The notes under the pieces are model-generated. The model was not told where the DNA came from. It saw nothing but the letters and a program-made list of their open reading frames with translations, and searched no databases. From assembly GCA_023129415.1 (NCBI GenBank), contig JAGMCF010000151.1:1616-65615 (forward strand): a DNA stretch of 64,000 bases, read 5' to 3'. Below are positions 20,314 to 30,225 of this stretch, piece by piece (within the stretch, counting starts at the first letter, position 1; every line of letters starts with the position of its first letter). The translations under genes were made by a program, and so were the position numbers. Origin of the DNA: Candidatus Cloacimonadota bacterium (GTDB lineage Bacteria; Cloacimonadota; Cloacimonadia; JGIOTU-2).

Positions 20314-21688
20314 AAGTTTTCTTTTTTTTATATTGTAATATTAATCCCACTACACCACCCTGAAAGAACCATAATAATCTGTTATCATTAATATCACCAC
20401 TAACTTGAGCATTCAACAAAAATAGAACCGTTAGCATTATCCAAAAAATAATCTGACCGTATTCACTTTCATTTATTTTATTCTTTGTTAAGATAAAATC
20501 ATTGAGCAAAAACAGAAAGGGTAAAATAAATAAAACCAAACCAATTATTCCTAACTCTAAAATAATTTCTACAAAAATATTATGAGGATATGCTCTTATA
20601 TCTCTATTTGTAATAATATAGCTAAAACCACCTAAACCAACTCCAAAAATTAACTTTTCAGGATTCTCATTTAAATAAGCTAAAGATTTTTTAATATAAT
20701 TTTCTCTTATTATAAAAGTGTTGAATACACTGACTTGTTTTTTCGAAATATGAACTTCTTTGTTCCCAAATAATTTGTAACGAGATATTAAACTCTCAGG
20801 TAATAATGAAAATATAATAATAAACAATAATGATATCAAAATCAAAGCATATACAATTTTCTTCATGTTTAGCTTTGTAAAGAAGAATAGATAAATCAAT
20901 ATTGAAATTATTAATGCAAAAAATGGTCCTCTTGAATTTGTTGATATGGTGATAATCAATCCCAAAATCGTACACAAAATATAAAATATTTTTTTATAAT
21001 TATTTTTTTCATAAAAAAGACATATTATTGAAATTAGAGATAATATGCTAAAAATCCGACCTACACCTATCGGATTCCCAACTAAAGAAAGTCGCATATG
21101 GTAATTTGCCAATTCTTTAAAATTCATCCCTATCATACCTTTTAGGAAATAAACATAAATTAGACTGTAGATAAAAATCATAAAATGTAATATTTTCAGA
21201 AATCTAATTCTAGTCTTTTTAGTAAAACCGATACTAATTCCACCTAAAAATAAAAAGGAATTAAATATAGAAAATCTCATTGTTTTTAAGAAACCAGAAT
21301 TGGGGGATTTTGTGTATAGGTTGCTAATAATTAACATTGAAACAAAAAAGAAAAAGAATAAAACATATTTATTTATTAAATCAATTTTATATCGCCTAGT
21401 CACTGACTTATATAACATTGAAAAAGAAGTTAATATAAAAATCAATAAAGTAAAATCAATAGGGAAATTTTGAGTAATACCTTTTACAATTCCAGTCAAT
21501 AAGAAAATTGAAAATCCTATTTCTGGAAATTTAAAAATTAAAAATACTAATATTAATGAAGATATTACAATTAATATTTTGTTAAGAGGTATTAATGTTG
21601 ATAAAAAAATAGAAGTTACAAAAAAAAATATGTAAAAAGGAATGTACGAGGATTTTAACAAACTATCCTCTTTTAGGAGTAAATCCAT
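20297..21688 (-). CDS. O-antigen ligase/polymerase (Wzy-like) family membrane protein
   Basis: 463 aa polytopic. Central region SRGPFFALIISILIY...YPHNIFVEIILELGIIG resembles the Wzy_C/O-antigen ligase domain. Confidence 0.7.
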   Translation of the reverse strand: MDLLLKEDSLLKSSYIPFYIFFFVTSIFLSTLIPLNKILIVISSLILVFLIFKFPEIGFSIFLLTGIVKGITQNFPIDFTLLIFILTSFSMLYKSVTRRYKIDLINKYVLFFFFFVSMLIISNLYTKSPNSGFLKTMRFSIFNSFLFLGGISIGFTKKTRIRFLKILHFMIFIYSLIYVYFLKGMIGMNFKELANYHMRLSLVGNPIGVGRIFSILSLISIICLFYEKNNYKKIFYILCTILGLIITISTNSRGPFFALIISILIYLFFFTKLNMKKIVYALILISLLFIIIFSLLPESLISRYKLFGNKEVHISKKQVSVFNTFIIRENYIKKSLAYLNENPEKLIFGVGLGGFSYIITNRDIRAYPHNIFVEIILELGIIGLVLFILPFLFLLNDFILTKNKINESEYGQIIFWIMLTVLFLLNAQVSGDINDNRLLWFFQGGVVGLILQYKKKKTYDIIK

Positions 21689-21692
21689 AAAT

Positions 21693-22787
21693 TTATTCTT
21701 TTATGTTTATTTTAATAATAAAAAATGAAAGAAGAAACAGACAGAATATAAAATCCGTTGCTATAACAACCAAAGCCCTTCTTGGTTTGCATTTCCATTC
21801 AGGTCGTTTTGCCCTATCCAGAACCTGCACAGTTGGAACATCCCTTGCTTCTTCAATCTTTGCTTGTTCGTATTGTGGTCCTAAATACTCTAAAAGTTTA
21901 GCATAATATTCTGCTTTTCTTTTAAGTTGTAAATATTCTTTCTCCATATCTGGAATTTTATCAAAATTGAGAAAGAGTTTCTCTGACGAAGCTTCTGAAT
22001 AAAATTCATTAAACTTTTTCCGTAAAATCACCAACTCGCTTTCTAATGACTCTACTTCAGGACTTTTTATACTAAGCACTCTTTTTTTAACTTCCAATTC
22101 AACCTCTTTTGCCATAATTGCTGCTTTCATATCTGCTGCTTTTTCTACAGCTGTTTTCATCTGGTCAGAAATGCTTATTATCCCTTTTTTCTGCATAAAC
22201 ATACTAATTTCATTTTCTAATTTATTCAGACTATCCCTCACAATTTGTATTCTATTCTCAATAAATTCTCTGCTGCTTTTTGCTTTGCTAGCAGTTAATG
22301 TTATATTTAAATTGTCCAAACAATATACAATATGGTTTGCCATATCTGCTACCATTTCCTGGTCTCTATCTAACATTGAAACAACAATCTGCTCTTCTTC
22401 TTCAACTTTTATATTTATATTCTCCCGCAATGCTTTTATAGTGCTTTCCAAGTTTTCTGTTTTGTAGCGTTTCTGGAAATCAAACTTCTTATTCATCGCT
22501 TCTAATAAAGTTCTACTCTTCAAAATTGCTAAGAATCTCATCTGGCTTTCACTCCCACCAAACATGCCACCTAATCCAAATGCACCCAAATTAGCGCTTA
22601 ATCCTCCAAATCTGCTTTCTTCTGTTTCGGGAGGCATAATAACAGCAGTTGCTTTATACCATTTTGGTAGAATTAAACTAATTACCGCAGATATGACTGT
22701 AACGATAATTACTGAAATTATAATAAATTTTTTTCTTTTCCAGATAATATTCCAATAATCAATCAGGTTTATTTCTTTTTCTTGCAT
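21693..22787 (-). CDS. Wzz-like polysaccharide chain-length determinant protein (no kinase domain)
   Basis: N-terminal IDYWNIIWKRKKFIIISVIIVTVISAVISLILPKWYKA, a long coiled-coil periplasmic region, and a C-terminal transmembrane segment. Confidence 0.8.
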   Translation of the reverse strand: MQEKEINLIDYWNIIWKRKKFIIISVIIVTVISAVISLILPKWYKATAVIMPPETEESRFGGLSANLGAFGLGGMFGGSESQMRFLAILKSRTLLEAMNKKFDFQKRYKTENLESTIKALRENINIKVEEEEQIVVSMLDRDQEMVADMANHIVYCLDNLNITLTASKAKSSREFIENRIQIVRDSLNKLENEISMFMQKKGIISISDQMKTAVEKAADMKAAIMAKEVELEVKKRVLSIKSPEVESLESELVILRKKFNEFYSEASSEKLFLNFDKIPDMEKEYLQLKRKAEYYAKLLEYLGPQYEQAKIEEARDVPTVQVLDRAKRPEWKCKPRRALVVIATDFIFCLFLLSFFIIKINIKE

Positions 22788-22802
22788 TTTATCCTCTTTT
22801 TC

Positions 22803-24425
22803 TTACTTACTCGTTGCATTTTGAATTACGATAAGAACAGTTGCGATTTGTGCAGATACAACCATTATATCCTTAAATAATTCCCAGAACTCTATTTCAG
22901 GTTTTTCAGGGATGAATATCATATCACCAACTTCCACAGTTGTATTTGCTCCTGGTTTTAACCATTCACCAGTTATGGCTTTAATTAATCTTATTTTTCC
23001 TTTGCGCGCTCTCCAGGCATAACCACCTGCTTTATCGATGTAATATAAATAATTTTTACCTGGAATATATGTAACAAGTCCTGGATTCTTTACTTGACCT
23101 GAAACTGTCACTGTAATTGTTTTATCAGGGATATAGATAAAATCTCCATTCTTTAATAAAACATCTGCATCTTTGTCCTTATCAAACCAAAGCTTAACAA
23201 AATCAGTAGAAAGTCTTCCTTTTAGTTCTCGGGATTTAGTCTTAAAATATTCATATTCCATATCTGACATATCTTCAACAAGCATTTTCTTTAATCTTTC
23301 AAATTCAGAATCAATAACATCTTCTTTGCTTTTTCTTTGAAGATAAGCATTTTGCAAATCTGCTTTATTAGTTATCCCGCCACATTTTTCAAGAATTTCT
23401 GAAAGATAAACTTTACCCTCTTTAATAGTATATACTCCTAAAAATTTAACTTCACCAGAAATTGTAATACTTTTCTTTTCATGAAATTCAGGAAGTGAGC
23501 GAATGAATACCCTATCATCATTTTTAAGTAATAAATTATCTTCACATTCTGGATTCTCTATCACATTCTTTAAATTAACTGTTATAATTTCTGTATCAAT
23601 AAGATCATTTTTGAATCTAACAATTTCAGCTCTTTCTAAATATGTATCATCTCTTAACCCACCAGAAGCAGCAATTGCATCTGAAAGTCTATATCCCTCA
23701 GTAAAATTATATTGATCAGGATTTTGCACTGCACCATAAATGGTAACTTTTAACTCCTCTCTTTTATGATATTCAGGAATTGCTTTTATAAAAATCCTAT
23801 CGTCATTTTTTAAAAGTAAATTATCATTGCATTCTGTATTCTCAATTATTTTTCTTAAATCTATACTTATAATTTCAGTTTCCATATAATTATCTTTAAA
23901 CCTGACAACTTCAGCTTTATCCAGATATACATCATCTCGAAAACCCATTGCAAGTTCAATTATATCACTGACTTTATCACCTTCTACCAATTCATAGGTG
24001 CCGACTCTGTTTATTGCCCCATAAATTGATACCTTTTTTTGCAATGCTGGCACAAAGATAATATCACCATCCATAATATAAGGATTATTTTCTTCATCAC
24101 CAAGGGTATAAAATCTTTGCAAATCAACCTTTATTGTTTTATCCTCGCGTTTCAAGCTAATATTTCTTGTGGAAGCATTACTCATGATGCTTTCAATATC
24201 AACTAATAATGTATCCCTCAGAAGATTTGCTTGCATAACAGCTTCAGAAACTCGACTTGTTGGAATCATAAAATATACGCCAGGACTCAAAACTTTCCCA
24301 ACTACTGAAACACTATAATATACTTCATCCTTTTGGGGTATAGTTTGAGCAAATAAAGAATATTCTACAATAATAAAACTAAATATAAAAATAAGGATAA
24401 AATATTTTTTATTATGATTAACCAT
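22803..24425 (-). CDS. Polysaccharide export protein (Wza-like, tandem SLBB domains)
   Basis: Signal peptide. Duplicated segment AE[IV]VRFK...NLLLKNDDR[IV]FI. C-terminal transmembrane segment. Confidence 0.8.
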   Translation of the reverse strand: MVNHNKKYFILIFIFSFIIVEYSLFAQTIPQKDEVYYSVSVVGKVLSPGVYFMIPTSRVSEAVMQANLLRDTLLVDIESIMSNASTRNISLKREDKTIKVDLQRFYTLGDEENNPYIMDGDIIFVPALQKKVSIYGAINRVGTYELVEGDKVSDIIELAMGFRDDVYLDKAEVVRFKDNYMETEIISIDLRKIIENTECNDNLLLKNDDRIFIKAIPEYHKREELKVTIYGAVQNPDQYNFTEGYRLSDAIAASGGLRDDTYLERAEIVRFKNDLIDTEIITVNLKNVIENPECEDNLLLKNDDRVFIRSLPEFHEKKSITISGEVKFLGVYTIKEGKVYLSEILEKCGGITNKADLQNAYLQRKSKEDVIDSEFERLKKMLVEDMSDMEYEYFKTKSRELKGRLSTDFVKLWFDKDKDADVLLKNGDFIYIPDKTITVTVSGQVKNPGLVTYIPGKNYLYYIDKAGGYAWRARKGKIRLIKAITGEWLKPGANTTVEVGDMIFIPEKPEIEFWELFKDIMVVSAQIATVLIVIQNATSK

Positions 24426-24724
24426 TTTTACCTCACATAATTATTCACTGTTATTTAAATATTTTAGTTTGCTATTTTTGCCAAATCAAACCGCTCACTT
24501 CTTTTAATGTTCTTCAGGACCAATAAGTATATGTAATCGTATTTGAAAATTCTCACTATCCTACTTTTCGCTGTCAAACTCACTGATAAATTCTTCTGCC
24601 TTTTTAAGAAAAAATTCTTTTAATTCTTTAATAGTAACTTTTTCAATCTTCCTGGGCAATTTTCCTATCTTTCTGATTTCCTATCTCACTCTTACCTAAA
24701 CCTTTGAGTATCTTCTTTTGAAAA

Positions 24725-24973
24725 TTAGTGAGAATTCCCATATTTTTTTCTAACATCTGGTAATGAAAAATACCATTCCCAGAACTCTCTTTGTGAACGA
24801 CTTAGATTTAATTCTTTTAAATACTTAAATATATTTTTTATACCAATTTGCTGTAAATCCTTGTCAGTTCCTCGTTCTAATACTCTTACAATATACCATT
24901 TTAGAAACATTTCAGAATGTAGCTCACTTTCAGAAAACTCATAATCCCAGATAAGCTTCTTGTTTATTTTCAT
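24725..24973 (-). CDS. Small hypothetical protein (82 aa)
   Basis: ORF only. The IWDYEF...FLKWYIVRVLERG pattern resembles small proteins I recall next to TA/abortive-infection antitoxins, but I cannot assign a family. Confidence 0.35.
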   Translation of the reverse strand: MKINKKLIWDYEFSESELHSEMFLKWYIVRVLERGTDKDLQQIGIKNIFKYLKELNLSRSQREFWEWYFSLPDVRKKYGNSH

Positions 24974-25017
24974 TGTATCCCGAGAAATTAAAATTTACGA
25001 TTTTATATTATCACAAA

Positions 25018-26250
25018 CTATCTTCCTTTTTTTATCACAATCTCCACGCAATTACTGCCAAGATGGTAAGGAAGATATTTATATGAAGGCATATCCATTA
25101 TCAAAATATCTGCTTGCTTTCCAACTTCTATTGAACCAATTGTGTCCCCTAATTCTAAGGAATAAGCAGCATTAATCGTAGATGCAGTAATGGCTTCAGA
25201 AGGCAGTAAACCCATTTCTATACATGCTATACTAATTACAGTTTGCATAGAATCACAATGACAGGAACCAGGATTAAAATCTGTTGCTAAAGCAATAGGT
25301 AAACCAGTTTCTATCATTTTTCTTGCTGGTGTATATTTTTTCAATCCTAAACTAAAAGTCGTGCCCGGAAGCAAAATTGGAATTACATTTGCTTCCTTCA
25401 TCTTTTGAATTCCATTATCAGAAACTGCTACTAAATGGTCAGCAGTAACTGCACCGATTTCTGCGGCGAGTTCGGCGCCACCAATTGGTTCTAATTCATC
25501 AGCATGCATACGAATCTTAAAGCCTATTTTTTTTGCTTCTGTTAAAATTCTTTTAGATTGCTCAATATTAAAAACATGTTTCTCACAAAAAATATCACAA
25601 TATTCGGCAAGATTTCGCTTTTTAACTTCCGGTAGCATTTCGTCAATTAAAATTTTAATATATTCTTCGCGATTATTTTTATATTCTTCTGGAAATTCGT
25701 GAGCACCTAAAAATGTAGGAATAATATCCATTTTTGTAATTCTGTTAATCTCTGAGAGGGCTTCTAACATTTTTATTTCTGACTCTGTGGAAAGTCCGTA
25801 TCCGCTCTTTGCTTCAATTGTTGTCGTGCCTTGTTCAAGCATTTTATTTACTCGTTTTAGACCCAACTCAACTAATTCTTCTTTTGAAGCATTGCGGACA
25901 TCATTTACACTTGAACGAATTCCACCACCAGATTGAGAAATTTCCTTATATGACTTACCCATAATTCGCATTTCAAACTCATTTTCGCGGGTTTTCACAA
26001 AAATCGGATGAGTGTGTGGGTCAACAAAACCGGGCATAACAACTTTTCCAGTTGCATCGATGATATTCTCTGAATAAAACTTTCTTAAGATTTTCTTTGT
26101 GACTCCAACATCTACGATTTTTTCGCCAAGAATGGCAACAGCCCCATCTTGAATGATACCAAGATTTTGCATCTCAATACCAAATTTAAGACCTTCCGAC
26201 TTAATTGTCAGAAGTTGATTTGCATTTCCTATTATTAAATCTACTTTCAT
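25018..26250 (-). CDS. hutI: Imidazolonepropionase
   Basis: VMPGFVDPHTHPIF, SGGGIRSSV, AHEF and DFNPGSC are amidohydrolase/HutI motifs. Confidence 0.9.
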   Translation of the reverse strand: MKVDLIIGNANQLLTIKSEGLKFGIEMQNLGIIQDGAVAILGEKIVDVGVTKKILRKFYSENIIDATGKVVMPGFVDPHTHPIFVKTRENEFEMRIMGKSYKEISQSGGGIRSSVNDVRNASKEELVELGLKRVNKMLEQGTTTIEAKSGYGLSTESEIKMLEALSEINRITKMDIIPTFLGAHEFPEEYKNNREEYIKILIDEMLPEVKKRNLAEYCDIFCEKHVFNIEQSKRILTEAKKIGFKIRMHADELEPIGGAELAAEIGAVTADHLVAVSDNGIQKMKEANVIPILLPGTTFSLGLKKYTPARKMIETGLPIALATDFNPGSCHCDSMQTVISIACIEMGLLPSEAITASTINAAYSLELGDTIGSIEVGKQADILIMDMPSYKYLPYHLGSNCVEIVIKKGR

Positions 26251-26619
26251 TATTGACTTTTATATTTTAGTTTCGTTCGCCAAGTACTCTGAACAATATC
26301 TCGCATCACAACTATCAAACCAGACCATTCCTCTAATGTAAATTGATTCATTGCTGTCATAACTCGCTGGTGAATCTTGCGACTATTTGGCTGTCTGAGA
26401 CGAACAATTAAAATGCCTGAATGTTGTTCGTTACGGTATTGGGTGAAACCCTTATCTGTTGTAATCAACAATCGCCCTTCTTGTTGGACCCTGACCCAAA
26501 GAGATTCATCTTGCCATACCTTCATCATCGGTGCCACGAATGTCTATTACATCGTGCCCTATCTCACGCAAAGTCTGGACAGTTATTAATGGTATGTTTT
26601 CATCCACAAATATCTTCAT
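26250..26619 (-). pseudogene. DUF5615-type (PIN-like) toxin gene, frameshifted
   Basis: Frame A from the ATG at 26617-26619 reads MKIFVDENIPLITVQTLREIGHDVIDIRGTDDEGMAR*, with the stop at 26507-26509. Frame B continues QDESLWVRVQQEGRLLITTDKGF...ILIVRL. Together they make one DUF5615-like protein interrupted by a 1-nt frameshift near 26510-26520. Confidence 0.6.
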
Positions 26620-26852
26620 CTCATACTTACTACTTTTTCAATTGGTGTAATCTGCTCTTCAGCCAGAGATGCTGCATAGTCTAAACAGGCAAGAATATCA
26701 TTCCATTCAAGAGAAGGATACTCTTTGAGAAGTCCAGCAATTGTATCTCCATTAGCTAACATTCGTACAACTTGGTGGACAGGAATGCGAGTTCCTTTAA
26801 TACAAGCTTGCCCATGACAAACTTTTGGGTCAATTGAAATATGTGCATACAT
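26616..26852 (-). CDS. DUF433-type antitoxin
   Basis: DPKVCHGQACIKGTRIPVHQVVRMLANGDT is the DUF433 signature. Its stop overlaps the toxin ATG (ATGA). Confidence 0.75.
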   Translation of the reverse strand: MYAHISIDPKVCHGQACIKGTRIPVHQVVRMLANGDTIAGLLKEYPSLEWNDILACLDYAASLAEEQITPIEKVVSMR

Positions 26853-26940
26853 ATATAACCTCCTGAAATCTTATAGATAATATCAAAAATTGAAGGGTCA
26901 GAAGTTCTTTTGCATTTTTGATTACTAAATCTGCTTTCAC

Positions 26941-27140
26941 TTAACCCCGTTTCTTACTTTTTGGAGTGCTTGCCTTCGCGTAGCCTATCTTCCATTCCAA
27001 TATAATCTGGATTGAGGGCAGGCTACGGCGAAGCGAGGCGAAAACGATCCCCGATTTATTCGGGGAGAACTTTTCGCAAGTCTCGTTATGCTGAAAGTTC
27101 GTCTCCCGATAAATCGGGATCCTCGTTTCAGCACTCCACA
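26941..27140. repeat. GC-rich composite hairpin element
   Basis: Outer arms ggagtgct (26963-26970) and agcactcc (27130-27137). Arms gccttcgcgtagcct and aggctacggcgaagc. Nested tccccgatttattcgggga and tcccgataaatcggga. The 66-aa track ORF here is rejected. Confidence 0.8.
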
Positions 27141-27614
27141 TTAAAACTCTTTTATTAAAGCAACAGCATAAACTTTTATACCTTCACCTTTTCCTACAAA
27201 TCCCAGTCCTTCTTCTCTTGTGGCTTTTATAGAGATTTGTCCTATTTCAATGTCAAGTTTATCAGCAATATTACTTTTCATTGATGGAATGTATTTCTGT
27301 AACTTAGGCTTTTCAAGAACAATAGTTGAATCAATATTAATTATATAAAATTCTTTGTTAGCCAAAATCTTACCTGTTTCTTCTAATAAAATTAAACTGG
27401 AAATGTCTTTATATTTTGAATCCGTATCAGGAAAATGAGAGCCAATATCTCCCAAGCCAGCTGCACCGAAAAGTGCATCAATAATGGCATGTATCAATGC
27501 ATCACCATCTGAGTGACCTAACAATCCCTTTTCAAATGGGATTTCAACTCCACCTAATACAAGTTTTCTATCCTTTACTAAAGGATGCACATCATAACCG
27601 AAACCTATTCTCAT
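27141..27614 (-). CDS. ispF: 2-C-methyl-D-erythritol 2,4-cyclodiphosphate synthase
   Basis: [12 protein letters not shown]...[33 protein letters not shown]. The track start at 27647 is a GTG; the ATG at 27614 is preferred. Confidence 0.95.
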   Translation of the reverse strand: MRIGFGYDVHPLVKDRKLVLGGVEIPFEKGLLGHSDGDALIHAIIDALFGAAGLGDIGSHFPDTDSKYKDISSLILLEETGKILANKEFYIINIDSTIVLEKPKLQKYIPSMKSNIADKLDIEIGQISIKATREEGLGFVGKGEGIKVYAVALIKEF

Positions 27615-27740
27615 ATTTTTTAACCCTAATTCGACACAGAAGAACACTGATAAGGCTGATGACCGCTGATTAAATAAAATATCTAATTTAATGGAATAAT
27701 ATAACTTTTCATCAGTCTCACCGCTTACACAGGGCGTTAA

Positions 27741-28457
27741 TTAGCGTCGTTTCTGTGTGCTATTCATATTTTTCGACATAATCGCTTCTGCAATTTTCAA
27801 ATCAAATTTATCTGTAATTTTAATATTTTCTGGTGAACCTTCCAAAACGAAAACAGGCACACCTATCTTCTCTACTAATTCTGCATCATCATTCGCAAAA
27901 AATCCTGTATCAAGAGATTGTTGATGTGCATCATAGATAATTTGGAACCGAAAAGCTTGTGGTGTAAAAATTTCCCAAAGATATTCTCTTGGCAACGTAT
28001 TAACTACTTCGTTATGAGTCACAGATTTTATTGTATTTTTTACCGGTAAACCATAAGAAACAGCACTCTTTTCATAGACAATATCTACAATCTCTTTAAT
28101 TTCTTCTACTTTTACAAATGGACGAACTCCATCGTGAATCACTACTATATCTCTATCAGATGGAGAAACTTCTAAAGCATTTAATACTGATTGCTGTCTT
28201 GTTTCTCCACCATTCACAATGATAAATTTATTCTGAGGAAATTTATATTCATTAAAAAATAATTTTCTGGCAAACTGCATATCTTCTGGATTTAATGTAA
28301 CTAAAATTTTATAAAAAATATCTGCTTTGAGAAATTTCTCAATTGTATGAATTACGATTGGTTTTCCGGCAAGTAGCATAAACTGCTTTTTTACAGATGA
28401 ATTCATCCTTTCACCTTTTCCTGCGGCAGTGATGATTGCTGAGATTTTGTTTTTCAT
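27741..28457 (-). CDS. ispD: 2-C-methyl-D-erythritol 4-phosphate cytidylyltransferase
   Basis: ISAIITAAGKGERM...KQF, VVIHDGVRPF. Confidence 0.9.
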   Translation of the reverse strand: MKNKISAIITAAGKGERMNSSVKKQFMLLAGKPIVIHTIEKFLKADIFYKILVTLNPEDMQFARKLFFNEYKFPQNKFIIVNGGETRQQSVLNALEVSPSDRDIVVIHDGVRPFVKVEEIKEIVDIVYEKSAVSYGLPVKNTIKSVTHNEVVNTLPREYLWEIFTPQAFRFQIIYDAHQQSLDTGFFANDDAELVEKIGVPVFVLEGSPENIKITDKFDLKIAEAIMSKNMNSTQKRR

Positions 28458-28576
28458 TTCAATCTTTTACTATTTCTATTATCAACAGAAAAAAAACGGA
28501 GAGATTCTTTATCAAAGAGCATATTCCAAATAATATGTTCTTAGCTCTCTCATTAGAATAATGTGTACTATAAAAA

Positions 28577-28882
28577 CTATTTATAAGCCTTATTATGAAT
28601 ATCTATTGTTATGAATACAATGGATTTTTTTCCCAAATCTTTACACTTGGGATGGAAGAATTCTTCACAAATCACAAAAATTATTCGTATATTTTTTGTA
28701 AATCTTGCACTTCTTAAACCCTTAAGGTTTGCAACTAAAAGTTCACTTTTACAATTATGATATGGGTCTTTACAAAGTAAATCAATTTTAGTTTTGATTT
28801 GCCTTTTCAAGTGCTTGTATCTATCAATTCTTTTGACAAACTCCTTAGTGAAAAGTTTTTTATAAATCACCAAAGACCTCAT
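28577..28882 (-). CDS. RelE/ParE-superfamily toxin (putative)
   Basis: 101 aa. LKGLRSARFTKNIRIIFVI fits the RelE/ParE core pattern. Overlaps the upstream small gene by 23 nt. Confidence 0.55.
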   Translation of the reverse strand: MRSLVIYKKLFTKEFVKRIDRYKHLKRQIKTKIDLLCKDPYHNCKSELLVANLKGLRSARFTKNIRIIFVICEEFFHPKCKDLGKKSIVFITIDIHNKAYK

Positions 28883-29096
28883 CTTCAGTTTCTATATTTC
28901 CGGCCTCAAAATCCTTAAAACCCATCTTAATTGAGTCCATAAGTTCCGAATTAAGGTTTATATCAACTGTTTCAATTAGCCTTATAAAATCATCAATATT
29001 GATTAATACAGACTTAATCTCATTATTTGAATAAATATATTCCACTTTAGGAATATTATATCGTCTTGTAATTTTTGTAAGTTCACTTTGTAGCAT
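28860..29096 (-). CDS. Putative antitoxin of the 28577-28882 toxin
   Basis: 78 aa, acidic C-terminus, overlaps the toxin start. Family not recognised. Confidence 0.45.
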   Translation of the reverse strand: MLQSELTKITRRYNIPKVEYIYSNNEIKSVLINIDDFIRLIETVDINLNSELMDSIKMGFKDFEAGNIETEDEVFGDL

Positions 29097-29154
29097 TGTT
29101 GTTCCTTTCTCTCCGATTGGAGTAATTTTTATAAAAAATCTAAAATTCTAGAAA

Positions 29155-30093
29155 TTAAGTCAAGTTTCTAATATCAATTATACATCTTGCAATGCTTTCA
29201 TCTAACTTTATTTGCTCAATAAGTTCTTCTCGATTTGCAAATTCTTTTTCATTACGCATTTTTCTAATAAAAATAAGTTCTATTTCTTCAGAATAAATGT
29301 CTTCATTAAAATCAAAGATATAGGTCTCAATAAATTTTCTTCTGTTATTCCTTTTTATTGTTGGCTTTCTTCCAATATTTGTAATCCCCCATAAATATTT
29401 GTGGTGAAATTTTACTTTTGTTAAATAAACACCATATTCAGGAAGTAATTTTCTTGGCTCAACAGGTTCAAGATTTGTAGTGGGAAATCCAAGTTGTCTC
29501 CCAATTTTATCCCCTTGTGCAACTCTTCCTAAAATCGAATAATCTCTTCCTAACATCTTTTTCGCAAGTTCTATGTTTCCTTTCCTTATATACTCGCGAA
29601 TTTTTGTACTGGATATGATTTCACTCCCAACTTTTACTTCTCTTACCACATCTGTCTTATAGCCATATATCTTTTCAAACTTTTTTAATAGATGATAATC
29701 TCCTTCACGATTCTTTCCAAAATGCCAATCATAACCTATAATTATTTCTTTTGATGCTAACATTTCAACAAAATATTTCTTAATAAAATCTTCTGGAGAA
29801 AGGTTTACCAATTGCTCATTAAAATCAAGCCAGAGAACATAATCAATGCCTATCTCTTTGAGAAAATCTTCCTTTTTGATCTTCTCAGTAAGAAGATATG
29901 GAAAATGTCTATTATTTAGAATCTCTAATGGATGTGGATGATAAGTTATAACTACAGATACTCCACCAATTGTTTTTGCTCTATTTACTAAAGTGTTCAT
30001 AATCTTCTGATGTCCTAAATGCACACCATCAAAAGTACCGACTGTTACAACAGGATTTTTTAATTTATGCTTAATTTTGTGTATACTTTTCAT
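29155..30093 (-). CDS. ribF: Bifunctional riboflavin kinase / FAD synthetase
   Basis: VVTVGTFDGVHLGHQKI. C-terminal GFPTTNL...YLWGITNIG riboflavin kinase domain. Confidence 0.9.
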   Translation of the reverse strand: MKSIHKIKHKLKNPVVTVGTFDGVHLGHQKIMNTLVNRAKTIGGVSVVITYHPHPLEILNNRHFPYLLTEKIKKEDFLKEIGIDYVLWLDFNEQLVNLSPEDFIKKYFVEMLASKEIIIGYDWHFGKNREGDYHLLKKFEKIYGYKTDVVREVKVGSEIISSTKIREYIRKGNIELAKKMLGRDYSILGRVAQGDKIGRQLGFPTTNLEPVEPRKLLPEYGVYLTKVKFHHKYLWGITNIGRKPTIKRNNRRKFIETYIFDFNEDIYSEEIELIFIRKMRNEKEFANREELIEQIKLDESIARCIIDIRNLT

Positions 30094-30106
30094 TATTCAA
30101 TCTTAT

Positions 30107-30187
30107 TAGCCACAAAATCACACAAAAATTCACAAAAGGCAAAAAAAATAATAATTCTTTTCGTGTTATTTTGTGTTTTTTGTGGCT
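30107..30187. repeat. Long imperfect hairpin between the TonB receptor stop and the ribF start
   Basis: Arms agccacaaaatcacacaaaa (30107-30126) and ttttgtgttttttgtggct (30169-30187). Ends 14 nt upstream of the ribF ATG. Confidence 0.7.
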
Positions 30188-30225
30188 TATTCCAAATTTC
30201 ATAATTCAATATACTATCCTTGTAG

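Noticed and set aside
24540-24724. Open stretch on the minus strand (...KIGKLPRKIEKVTIKELKEFFLKKAEEFISEFDSEK*) downstream of the 82-aa ORF
   Set aside because: There is no start codon and the stretch is interrupted by a stop or frameshift upstream. It may be a decayed small gene, but I cannot assign it.
26963-27137. CIRCE-like words ggagtgct / agcactcc
   Set aside because: The arms are about 160 nt apart rather than 9 nt, do not match TTAGCACTC/GAGTGCTAA fully, and are not upstream of a chaperone gene.
26941-27141. 66-aa track ORF between ispF and the DUF433 gene
   Set aside because: It lies entirely within a GC-rich composite hairpin element. It has no RBS or family resemblance, and its peptide is a by-product of the palindromic words.
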